From Allobaculum fili (lineage in GTDB: Bacteria; Bacillota_I; Bacilli_A; Erysipelotrichales; Erysipelotrichaceae), in contig NZ_JAHDSX010000009.1 in the NCBI RefSeq assembly GCF_020969955.1, positions 30,001 through 62,000 on the forward strand: 32,000 nucleotides of DNA. Reading direction: 5' to 3'. Position numbers and translations under genes: made by a program. The notes under the pieces were generated by a model. The model was not told where the DNA came from, did not search any database, and saw only the letters and a list, made by a program, of their open reading frames with translations. Position 1 is the first letter of the stretch, and each line of letters starts with the position of its first letter. Shown here piece after piece: positions 15,565 through 22,731 of the stretch.

Positions 15565-16613
15565 TGAAAAAAGTTGCTCTGTTAGGCGGATCGTTTGATC
15601 CCGTACACAATGGCCATATTGCCATGGCCAATGCAGCATTAGAGCAGCTTGGCGCGGATGAAGTCTGGTTCGTTCCCGCGCGGATTTCCCCTTTAAAAGA
15701 CCGGGTACTCACCGATCCGGTCCATCGACTCAACATGCTTCGGCTGGCCTGCCAGCAGAACGAACACTTTCGCATCAGCGACGTGGAGTTCAAGCGCAAC
15801 GGCACCAGCTATACGATCGATACGATCCGAACGCTGAAAAAGCAGTTTGACGATATTGAATTTTACTGGCTGATCGGCGCCGATCAGGCCGCTCAGTTTG
15901 AAGAATGGAAAGACTGGCAGCAGCTGCTTAAGGAAGCGCACTTTGTGGTCGCCGACCGCCAGCAGCAGCTCGACTTGCTGAAAAAGGACTACGGAATGAT
16001 CCGTCTGTCCATGGAACCGGTCGACGTATCTTCTTCGCAGATTCGTACGGGATTTCGTCTGAATCTCATGCCCGAGAGCGTACGTCAGTACTGCCTCGAT
16101 CACGAACTGTATCTGCCGGCCTGGATCCAGCCGCAGATGGATCCGGCGCGCTTTGCCCATTCCTGCAGCGTCGCCAGACTTTGCCGGGAGCTTGCCAGAG
16201 CCCATCATCTCGATGAGCACAAGGCGTGGCTGATCGGACTCTTTCATGACATCGCCAAGGATCTTCCTAAGGAAGAACAGGCCAAATGGGTCAAGGCAGC
16301 GTTTCCGCCCTCCGCCCTGCAGGAACACCACGCCATCTGGCACGGCTATGCCGGCAGTGAAATTGTGTGGCGCATTTACGGCCTGTACGATCCGGTGATT
16401 CGCAACGCAATTTCCAATCATGTCAAAGGCACGAGCTATGATCCTTACGCGATGATCGTGTTTGTCAGCGACAAGCTCGATCCGCTGCGCGGCTACGATT
16501 CCAGCGCCCTCTATCATGCCTGCCTGCATGATCTGTATAATGGTTTCCTGCTGGTCAAAGCAGAAAACAAAGCCTATCTCGAAAAGGAGAGACAAAAAAA
16601 TGGACGTACTTGA
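15564..16613 (+). CDS. nadD-yqeK: Fused nicotinate-nucleotide adenylyltransferase (NadD) and HD-domain YqeK (Ap4A hydrolase family)
   Basis: The N-terminus GGSFDPVHNGHIAMA is the nucleotidyltransferase HxGH motif. The C-terminal half carries an HD domain (RFAHSCSVA...GLFHDIAKD). It is a single ORF of 349 codons, and its start overlaps the yhbY stop (TGATG). Confidence 0.88.
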   Translation: MKKVALLGGSFDPVHNGHIAMANAALEQLGADEVWFVPARISPLKDRVLTDPVHRLNMLRLACQQNEHFRISDVEFKRNGTSYTIDTIRTLKKQFDDIEFYWLIGADQAAQFEEWKDWQQLLKEAHFVVADRQQQLDLLKKDYGMIRLSMEPVDVSSSQIRTGFRLNLMPESVRQYCLDHELYLPAWIQPQMDPARFAHSCSVARLCRELARAHHLDEHKAWLIGLFHDIAKDLPKEEQAKWVKAAFPPSALQEHHAIWHGYAGSEIVWRIYGLYDPVIRNAISNHVKGTSYDPYAMIVFVSDKLDPLRGYDSSALYHACLHDLYNGFLLVKAENKAYLEKERQKNGRT

Positions 16614-16935
16614 TCTTGTACTCAAGGCAATCAGCGAGAAAAAAGGAACCGATATCGAAGTGTACGATACCCGCACCATGACACCGTTCATGGATACGAT
16701 GGTCATCGCTTCGGCCGGCAACCTCAAACAGAATCTTGCCATTGCTCAGAATATTAAGGACCGGCTGTTCGAAGCCGGCTGGAAAGGCGAAGTCCGCATG
16801 GAAGGCGGCCAGGAATCCAAATGGATTCTGGTGGACCTCAAGGATATCGTCATCCACCTCTTTACCGGCGAGGAAAGAAAGCTGTATTCGCTTGATCGCC
16901 TGTATGAGGAATGCCCTGTTACCCGTTACGAATAA
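16600..16935 (+). CDS. rsfS: Ribosome silencing factor RsfS
   Basis: The start is chosen at ATG 16600, after AAGGAGA. The sequence KKGTDIEVYD...MVIASAGN...WILVDLKDIVIHLF is typical of RsfS/YqeL. The 5' extension in the ORF track overlaps nadD-yqeK and is not credible. Confidence 0.88.
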   Translation: MDVLDLVLKAISEKKGTDIEVYDTRTMTPFMDTMVIASAGNLKQNLAIAQNIKDRLFEAGWKGEVRMEGGQESKWILVDLKDIVIHLFTGEERKLYSLDRLYEECPVTRYE

Positions 16936-16944
16936 CGACACCTG

Positions 16945-16970
16945 GCCGCCTTGCCTGCAGGGCGGCTTTT
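16945..16970 (+). terminator. Intrinsic terminator after rsfS
   Basis: GCCGCC (16945-16950) pairs with GGCGGC (16961-16966), with further inner pairs, followed by TTTT at 16967-16970. Confidence 0.7.
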
Positions 16971-17031
16971 GTAAAGACACATTTACCATGAAGCAAAGTT
17001 CGATCCGGCTTTGCAGACAGGGGGAGGCGCT

Positions 17032-17094
17032 GATGCGTTTGAAGCATTCGATGCGTTTGATGGGTACGATGGATTTGACGCATTCGATGCGCTC
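17032..17094. repeat. Degenerate 9-bp periodic repeat x7 (consensus GATGCRTTY)
   Basis: The units are GATGCGTTT, GAAGCATTC, GATGCGTTT, GATGGGTAC, GATGGATTT, GACGCATTC and GATGCGCTC, head to tail. They lie in the gap between the rsfS terminator and yqeM. Confidence 0.85.
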
Positions 17095-17156
17095 AATGCC
17101 TGTCCTGACTCCCTGTTTCCTGCAGAATCGGATCTTAAACAGAAGGCGGTACGACT

Positions 17157-17867
17157 ATGGCAATTTATGAAACACTTGGCCGATACTATGACGCCCTCGT
17201 CAAGGACGATCAGGCGGCCGACCAGTGGGTGGACTGGATCGAATCGTTCCATCCCGGCAAAACGGTTCTGGAACTGGCCTGCGGCAGCGGGGAAATTACC
17301 GAGCGACTGGCCAAGCAGCACGATGTGACGGCGCTCGATCTTTCCCAGAACATGATCGATGCCGCAAAAGCCAAACCCGGCAGCGAAAATATCACCTTTT
17401 TACAGGGCGATATGCGCGATCTGTCCGGCCTGTCCAGGTTTGATATGATCGGCTGCTTTTGCGATTCGTTCAACTATCTTGAAGACAAGGACGAAGTGCG
17501 CGCGTTTTTAAAAGAAGTGCGGGCGCATCTGAACGAGGGCGGTCTGTTTCTTTTTGACAGCCATTCGCTCTGCCGTCTCGATGAGTTTGCCGAAGAATAC
17601 GAAGAAGCCGGCGAATTTGATGACGGCGTGCAGGTACAGTGGGTGATCACGGCGCAGGACGATAAAATTTATCAGGACTTCGCCTTCTACTTTGACGATC
17701 GCACTGTCGAAGAACATCACATGCAGACGGTCTTCTCCGACACGGATTTAAAAGAGATGCTCGAAGAAGACTTTGAAATTCTCCAGTTTTCCGGCGACTT
17801 TAACGAAGCCCCGCTCGAGGACTGCGAAAAGTATTTCATCGCCTGCAAAGCCAGACCGGCTAAGTAA
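17157..17867 (+). CDS. Class I SAM-dependent methyltransferase (YqeM-like by position)
   Basis: Motif I VLELACGSGEIT, post-I DLS and motif II-like IGCFCDSFNYL. It is the last gene of the yqe cluster, as in Bacillus. Confidence 0.82.
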   Translation: MAIYETLGRYYDALVKDDQAADQWVDWIESFHPGKTVLELACGSGEITERLAKQHDVTALDLSQNMIDAAKAKPGSENITFLQGDMRDLSGLSRFDMIGCFCDSFNYLEDKDEVRAFLKEVRAHLNEGGLFLFDSHSLCRLDEFAEEYEEAGEFDDGVQVQWVITAQDDKIYQDFAFYFDDRTVEEHHMQTVFSDTDLKEMLEEDFEILQFSGDFNEAPLEDCEKYFIACKARPAK

Positions 17868-17990
17868 CACCAGTCAGATTCGACGTATACGATAAAGCCA
17901 TGCGTCTCGCAATTTTTATGGAAGAGGCCGCCGGCTTTATCCCCGAGGCAGAAGCGCTATAAAGTCTTCTGCGAAGCAAGGAGGAAAAAC

Positions 17991-18665
17991 ATGCTTGGAT
18001 TTATCGCAGCCATGCCCCAGGAGCAGAAGGCGATTACCGATCAGATGACGGATGTGGAAGTCCGCACAATTGCGGAAGCTGCCTTTTACAAAGGCCATCT
18101 GGCCGATGAAGAAATCGTTGTCGCGCTTTCCGGCGTCGGAAAAGTCGCCGCGGCTATTGCTTCGACGCTGCTTTGCGAAAACTATCATCCCGATGCTCTG
18201 CTTTCGATCGGCGTAGCGGGCGGCCTGAAAGAAGGCCAGCACGTCGGCGAACTCGTTTTCTCGGATTATGCCATTCAGGCCGATTACGATACGTCGGCAA
18301 TCGATGGAAAAGACGGAATCGGCAAAGTGTTCACCGCATCCAGAGACCTGCTCGAACGCGCCGAAGCCGCCGCAAAAGAAGCGGGACTGACGTATACCAC
18401 AGGCTCTGTGGCGACGCAGGATCTGTTCATGGCGTATGAAGATGACTTCAAAAAGCTGTTTTCCCGCTTTCCGCAGAGTGCGTGCAGCGAAATGGAAGGC
18501 GGCGCGATCGCGCAGGTCGCCAGCCAGTTTGGTCTGCCGTTTCTGATCATCCGCACGCTCAGCGACATTGTCGGTCACAACGACAACCCGGTAGAGTTCA
18601 GCTCGTTTGTGGAATCGTCCTCGCAGGCTGCGGGACGCTTTGTCAAAATGTTCTGCACCCGATAA
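17991..18665 (+). CDS. mtnN: 5'-methylthioadenosine / S-adenosylhomocysteine nucleosidase
   Basis: AAGGAGG SD. Motifs GVGKVAAA, SIGVAGGL, SEMEGGAIAQV and IIRTLSD. Confidence 0.92.
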   Translation: MLGFIAAMPQEQKAITDQMTDVEVRTIAEAAFYKGHLADEEIVVALSGVGKVAAAIASTLLCENYHPDALLSIGVAGGLKEGQHVGELVFSDYAIQADYDTSAIDGKDGIGKVFTASRDLLERAEAAAKEAGLTYTTGSVATQDLFMAYEDDFKKLFSRFPQSACSEMEGGAIAQVASQFGLPFLIIRTLSDIVGHNDNPVEFSSFVESSSQAAGRFVKMFCTR

Positions 18666-18698
18666 GCAGACGGAAATGCAATAGAAATACAGAAGAAA

Positions 18699-18755
18699 AG
18701 CATCGGATCTTTCTCGATCGCCGGCCGATCGAAGAAATCCGGTGCTTTTGTGTTT
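18699..18755. terminator. Bidirectional terminator between convergent mtnN and the DUF853 gene
   Basis: Long imperfect hairpin: AGCATCGGAT...CGATCG, loop CCGGC, CGATCG...ATCCGGTGCT. It is flanked by A-rich sequence upstream and TTTTGTGTTT downstream. Confidence 0.65.
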
Positions 18756-18802
18756 CCTGCGTTCAAACGATATAAGCGGCCCTCAGAAGGCTTCCTGCCT
18801 TC

Positions 18803-20452
18803 TTACTTGAAAAAGGAAGAGAAGAGATCGCCGACCAGACTGCCCGCAAAGTTGCCGGCGGCCCGTTTGGCGGTGGAATTGTCGGAGCCAAGAATGCCGC
18901 GGCTGATGGATTTGCCTACGCTTCTCCCGATGCTTCGTGCAGAAGAACGGGCGGCTTTTTTCACCGACTTTTCCAGAGAAGAAGATGAATTGCGCGAAGA
19001 AGAGGAACGATTCTGTCCGCGCCGGGTCTGGCTGCGGGCAGGACGGTCGTCTTCGTAATTTTCATACTCGTCTTCGTCAGCGCGACGGGTATTCGTGCGA
19101 TTGGATTTCGAACGGGAGGAGGAAGAAGCACGAGTATCTGCTTCTTTTTGGTCTGCTTCTTTCTGCCGCTTCTGCTCTTCAAGCGCTTCATAGGCGCTGT
19201 AGGCACCAAAGGCTTTAGCGTAGTGGTCGTACATCGGATCCCGGCTTTCCACAAGCTGGATTTGCGAGGGTGTGAGAGCCTGGAAAGAAGAGTGGGGCGG
19301 AAGAACGGTTACTTTTTCGACCGGCATCGGGGCACCGTCTTCATCGAGGAAGGAGACGAGCGCTTCGCCGGTTTTGAGCGCGGACAGTTCGCTTAGCGTA
19401 TCGAGACGGGGATTGGGCCGAAAACCGGCTGCCGCCGATTTGAGCTTTTTCTGATCCGCCGGCGTATAGGCGTGGAGAGCGTGCTGAATGCGGTTCTGCA
19501 GCTGGGAAAGAATGTCTTCATCGAGATCCGACGGATTCTGGGTGATGAAAAAGAGACTGACGCCTTTGGAGCGGATCAGACGAACAACCTGCGCAATCTT
19601 GTCGCGCAGCGCTTTTGGCGTATCTTCAAATAACATGTGCGCTTCATCAAAGAAGAAGACCAGCTTCGGCTTGTCGACTTCGCCGACTTCGGGAAGCGTT
19701 TCGTACAGCTCAGAAAGCATCCATAACAGAAACGTCGAGTAAAGAAAAGGATTTTGTCCAAGGCGGGACGCTTCCAGAATGTTGATCGTGCCCTGACTGC
19801 CGTTGAGCGTCAGCCAGTCGGTGATGTTCAGATCCGGCTGGTTGAAAAAGAGATCGCCGCCCTGATTTTCCAGTTCCAGCAAAGCCCGTACGATCGCCCC
19901 GGCTGAAGCCGAAGAAATGGTGCCGTACTGCGCCTGCAGTTCCTTGCGCTCGTCCATGATCAGAGAAGCCATCGCGCGGAGATCTTTCAGATCGATCAGC
20001 TGCCAGCCGCGATCGTCCGCGATTTTGAAAATGATGTTGAGTACGCCGGTTTGGGCGGGCGTAAGCGAAAGCAGACGGGAGAGCAGAAGCGGTCCCAGAT
20101 CGGAAATCTTGGTGCGCAGCGGAATGCCGTTTTCGCCAAAGACGTCCCAGAAGCGGACGGGATAGCCGCAAAACGCGAACGATTCTGGATCGATGCCGCA
20201 GCTTTTCAGACGCGCGTCGATTTTTTCATTTCGCTCTCCCGGCATGGCCAGGGAACTGACGTCGCCTTTCATGTCGACGAGAAAAACAGGGACGCCCAGA
20301 TCGGAAAAGCTTTCCGCGAGCACTTTAAGGGTAACGGTCTTGCCCGTTCCCGTTGCGCCGGCGATCAGGCCGTGCCGGCAGGCTTTGGAAGGAAGGAGTC
20401 CATAGAGACCGTCGGCGTTTGCGCCGACGGGAAGAATTTGCGATGTCGTCAT
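18803..20452 (-). CDS. HerA-like P-loop ATPase, DUF853 (YjgR-like) family
   Basis: Walker A GATGTGKT and Walker B LVFFFDEAH. The C-terminal basic, Ser/Arg-rich tail ending RGILGS...FAGSLVGDLFSSFFK is typical of YjgR-type proteins. GGAGGG SD. The gene looks monocistronic. Confidence 0.85.
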   Translation of the reverse strand: MTTSQILPVGANADGLYGLLPSKACRHGLIAGATGTGKTVTLKVLAESFSDLGVPVFLVDMKGDVSSLAMPGERNEKIDARLKSCGIDPESFAFCGYPVRFWDVFGENGIPLRTKISDLGPLLLSRLLSLTPAQTGVLNIIFKIADDRGWQLIDLKDLRAMASLIMDERKELQAQYGTISSASAGAIVRALLELENQGGDLFFNQPDLNITDWLTLNGSQGTINILEASRLGQNPFLYSTFLLWMLSELYETLPEVGEVDKPKLVFFFDEAHMLFEDTPKALRDKIAQVVRLIRSKGVSLFFITQNPSDLDEDILSQLQNRIQHALHAYTPADQKKLKSAAAGFRPNPRLDTLSELSALKTGEALVSFLDEDGAPMPVEKVTVLPPHSSFQALTPSQIQLVESRDPMYDHYAKAFGAYSAYEALEEQKRQKEADQKEADTRASSSSRSKSNRTNTRRADEDEYENYEDDRPARSQTRRGQNRSSSSRNSSSSLEKSVKKAARSSARSIGRSVGKSISRGILGSDNSTAKRAAGNFAGSLVGDLFSSFFK

Positions 20453-20651
20453 ACTGATGTGGCCCTCCAGACGGGGCCGTCTCCTTTCAAAGGACAGTGC
20501 CTTTTTTCTTCATTATACGAAAGCCAGGAACGATCCCCGAAAGCGCAGCGCACCTTTTTGCGCCAGGCGCGCATACCGTTTTGGAGGGCGATCGGAAAGG
20601 AAGAATAGAGGTCAGGGGATCCGTTATCCAATTGATACAGAAGTCGATATA

Positions 20652-21209
20652 ATGGAAGCCATGAGTAAGCAAAGAGGATCGGCGAGGGCGGCAGCTTCGT
20701 CGAAACAGAAGAAACCGTCCGTCAAGAAGAAAGGACCGGCGGCGCAGAAAAAAGGCACGTACGGCTGGCCAATGACGGCCGCTCTTTTTGCGGTGCTCTT
20801 TTTGATGATCATCTGCCTGTGGGCGCTGTTTATCAGCGGACCGTCCCGCCTTTACGATGAGCAGATCGCCCAGGTGCAGGCGCGAATTGAAGAACAGGTG
20901 CCTCATGTCGAGGGCCTGACGGAAAACAAATTCGCTTTTGTCACCTGGCAGGGCTATACCGATCAGAAGCTGTACTGGTTTGACGCTCAGGGCGGCATCA
21001 TTACGGAGCGGGATCTGTCCACGCTCAATTACGAAGCGGCGCGCGAAAAAGCGCGCAGCTCTTACGACATGGATCCGGAAACGGTCACGCTCGCGTACGG
21101 CTATTCGGCACCGGTGTATCAGCTGCAGTCCGGCGAACAGATCCTCATGCTCGATTACGACACCCTGGACTGGGTATATGAAAGGAACCTGGTACATGCT
21201 CAACCGTGA
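20652..21209 (+). CDS. Membrane-anchored PepSY-like protein, TseB/YpmB-like
   Basis: Start chosen at ATG 20652, with 20661 also possible. The protein has a basic N-terminus, one TM helix (WPMTAALFAVLFLMIICLWALFI) and an extracytoplasmic domain. It lies upstream of dnaD-nth, as ypmB does in Bacillus. The family call comes from synteny plus architecture only. Confidence 0.55.
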   Translation: MEAMSKQRGSARAAASSKQKKPSVKKKGPAAQKKGTYGWPMTAALFAVLFLMIICLWALFISGPSRLYDEQIAQVQARIEEQVPHVEGLTENKFAFVTWQGYTDQKLYWFDAQGGIITERDLSTLNYEAAREKARSSYDMDPETVTLAYGYSAPVYQLQSGEQILMLDYDTLDWVYERNLVHAQP

Positions 21210-21738
21210 AGACTGGTACGCCCCCTGGTTTAACCGTACCGCCTGGATTTTTGAAAATATTGATGCCCTTTCGCTCGAACCCAATGAAATTCTGACGCTG
21301 CTGGCGATCAACTACCTGCAGGAAACGAATCAGCCGGTCATCGCCGAACAGCTGGCTCTGAAAACTGGACTCGATCCGGAAGCGATTGACGAAGCGATGT
21401 CTTCGCTGTCCGACAAGGGGTGCATGACGATCGATACCCGAAACAAGCAGCTGACGATCATGCTCGACTGCCTGCTCGATCAGGCGCCGGCTGCCGGTCA
21501 TCCGCTTGAAAAGACGCTGCTGTCCAGCGTGCAGGCGGAATTTGGCCGGACGCTTTCCGCCTCCGAACTCGAACGGCTCAGTCAGCTTTGCGACACGTAC
21601 GAACAGTCGACAATTTTGCATGCGCTCGATGAGGCGGCTGTCTACAATAAGCGCTCGATTGCGTACATGGAAGCGCTGCTGGTCAACTGGAAAGCCAAGG
21701 GCTTAAGCGCCCAGGATATTGAAGAGGGAAGACGATGA
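21196..21738 (+). CDS. dnaD: DnaD-domain replication initiation protein
   Basis: The C-terminal half VQAEFGRTLSASELERLSQL...ILHALDEAAVYNKRSIAYMEALLVNWKAKG matches the DnaD/DnaB_2 domain. The dnaD-nth synteny is classic in Bacillota. The start at 21196 follows AAAGGA; the longer ORF-track start is not credible. Confidence 0.8.
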   Translation: MLNREDWYAPWFNRTAWIFENIDALSLEPNEILTLLAINYLQETNQPVIAEQLALKTGLDPEAIDEAMSSLSDKGCMTIDTRNKQLTIMLDCLLDQAPAAGHPLEKTLLSSVQAEFGRTLSASELERLSQLCDTYEQSTILHALDEAAVYNKRSIAYMEALLVNWKAKGLSAQDIEEGRR

Positions 21739-22430
21739 AACCGGAAGAAATTCTGGATCAGATTGAAATTCTGTTCCCAAATGCCAAATGCGAACTGCTG
21801 CACGAAACGCCGTTTCAGCTGCTGGTCGCCGTCGTGCTGTCGGCCCAGACAACGGATGCGGGAGTAAACCGCGTCACGCCGACGCTCTTTTCCCGCTGGC
21901 CCGATTCGGCTTCGCTGGCCAAGGCGGATGTGCAGGAGGTCGCCGACACCATTCGCAGCATTGGTCTTTATCCGACCAAATCCAAAAACATCGTGGAACT
22001 CGCCCAGAAGATCGAAGAAGAGTTTCACGGCGAAGTGCCGTCCACGTTCAAGGAACTGCAGTCGCTGCCTGGCGTCGGCCGCAAGACGGCTAACGTAGTC
22101 CGTTCCGTCGCTTTCGACATTCCATCGATGGCCGTCGATACCCATGTGGAGCGGGTTTCCAAGCGTCTGGGTCTGGCCAAGTTTGACGATGATCCGCTTA
22201 AGGTCGAAGAAAAGCTGCGCCGCAAGCTGCCGCGCGAGCGCTGGAATCAGGCCCATCACGACCTCATCTTTTTCGGCCGCTATTTTTGTACGGCCCGATT
22301 CCCCAAATGCGAAAAGTGCCCGTTTGCCTCGTTTTGTAAACGGGAAAAGTTTGATCTTTACAAGGCACAGAAAATTGATCCCGACTTTGTGGCCAAGGGT
22401 GTCCGGCCAAAACGCAAAGCGTCCAAATAA
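21735..22430 (+). CDS. nth: Endonuclease III
   Basis: HhH-GPD motif LPGVGRKTANVV with a catalytic Lys/Asp context. The C-terminal 4Fe-4S cluster loop is C-x6-C-x2-C-x5-C (CTARFPKCEKCPFASFC). ATGA overlap with dnaD. Confidence 0.95.
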   Translation: MKPEEILDQIEILFPNAKCELLHETPFQLLVAVVLSAQTTDAGVNRVTPTLFSRWPDSASLAKADVQEVADTIRSIGLYPTKSKNIVELAQKIEEEFHGEVPSTFKELQSLPGVGRKTANVVRSVAFDIPSMAVDTHVERVSKRLGLAKFDDDPLKVEEKLRRKLPRERWNQAHHDLIFFGRYFCTARFPKCEKCPFASFCKREKFDLYKAQKIDPDFVAKGVRPKRKASK

Positions 22431-22458
22431 TTTCCAGACACACTATTGAATCCATTGA

Positions 22459-22507
22459 CGGCTTCTTCAACAATCTTTCCGACGGTTTGAAGAAGCCGCT
22501 TTTTTTC
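22459..22507 (+). terminator. Strong intrinsic terminator after nth
   Basis: Perfect 12-bp stem CGGCTTCTTCAA (22459-22470) / TTGAAGAAGCCG (22487-22498), followed by CTTTTTTT. Confidence 0.9.
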
Positions 22508-22588
22508 TGCCTGCCCGTCTTTCAGGCGGGCGGTTTTCACCGGGAGAAAAGCGTGACGGAATGCGGAAAATAACATGATTTACACTCT

Positions 22589-22608
22589 ATTCCACATCAT
22601 TATGGAAT
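22589..22608. promoter_or_regulatory. Inverted repeat ATTCCA-N8-TGGAAT in the AT-rich region upstream of the pilus operon (candidate operator)
   Basis: The dyad is seen directly in the sequence, about 125 nt upstream of the ATG at 22732. No cognate regulator gene is adjacent. Confidence 0.3.
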
Positions 22609-22731
22609 ATTTTTAATCTTTACTCCCACTCTGGCGTGTGATTATCCTTTCTTCAGATCGATCGCGGACTGCAGACGCGAAAACGGCCGGTCCAAACGGC
22701 CGGATCCAGACAAGAAGAAAGGAAAAACGAA

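Noticed and set aside
16462-16599. The 5' extension of the rsfS ORF (track start 16462), and similarly the extended starts at 20457, 20938 and 2889
   Set aside because: The extensions overlap the preceding genes, lack SD sequences and add non-homologous residues. The internal starts at 16600, 20652, 21196 and 2958 (an SD precedes all but 20652) match family-typical N-termini.
17011-17328. A 105-aa ORF starting at TTG 17011 that encodes DAFEAFDAFDGYDGFDAFD, as a real repeat protein
   Set aside because: It has no SD and a weak TTG start, and it overlaps yqeM out of frame for about 170 nt. The periodicity is a DNA-level 9-bp repeat that yields repetitive peptides in every frame.
18803-20452. 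The HerA-like ATPase as the core of a defence system (Sir2-HerA or DUF4297-HerA type)
   Set aside because: It is monocistronic and flanked by mtnN and a tseB-like gene, with no Sir2, DUF4297 or nuclease partner. The DUF4298-like gene at 29267 is a different family and lies 9 kb away in another operon.
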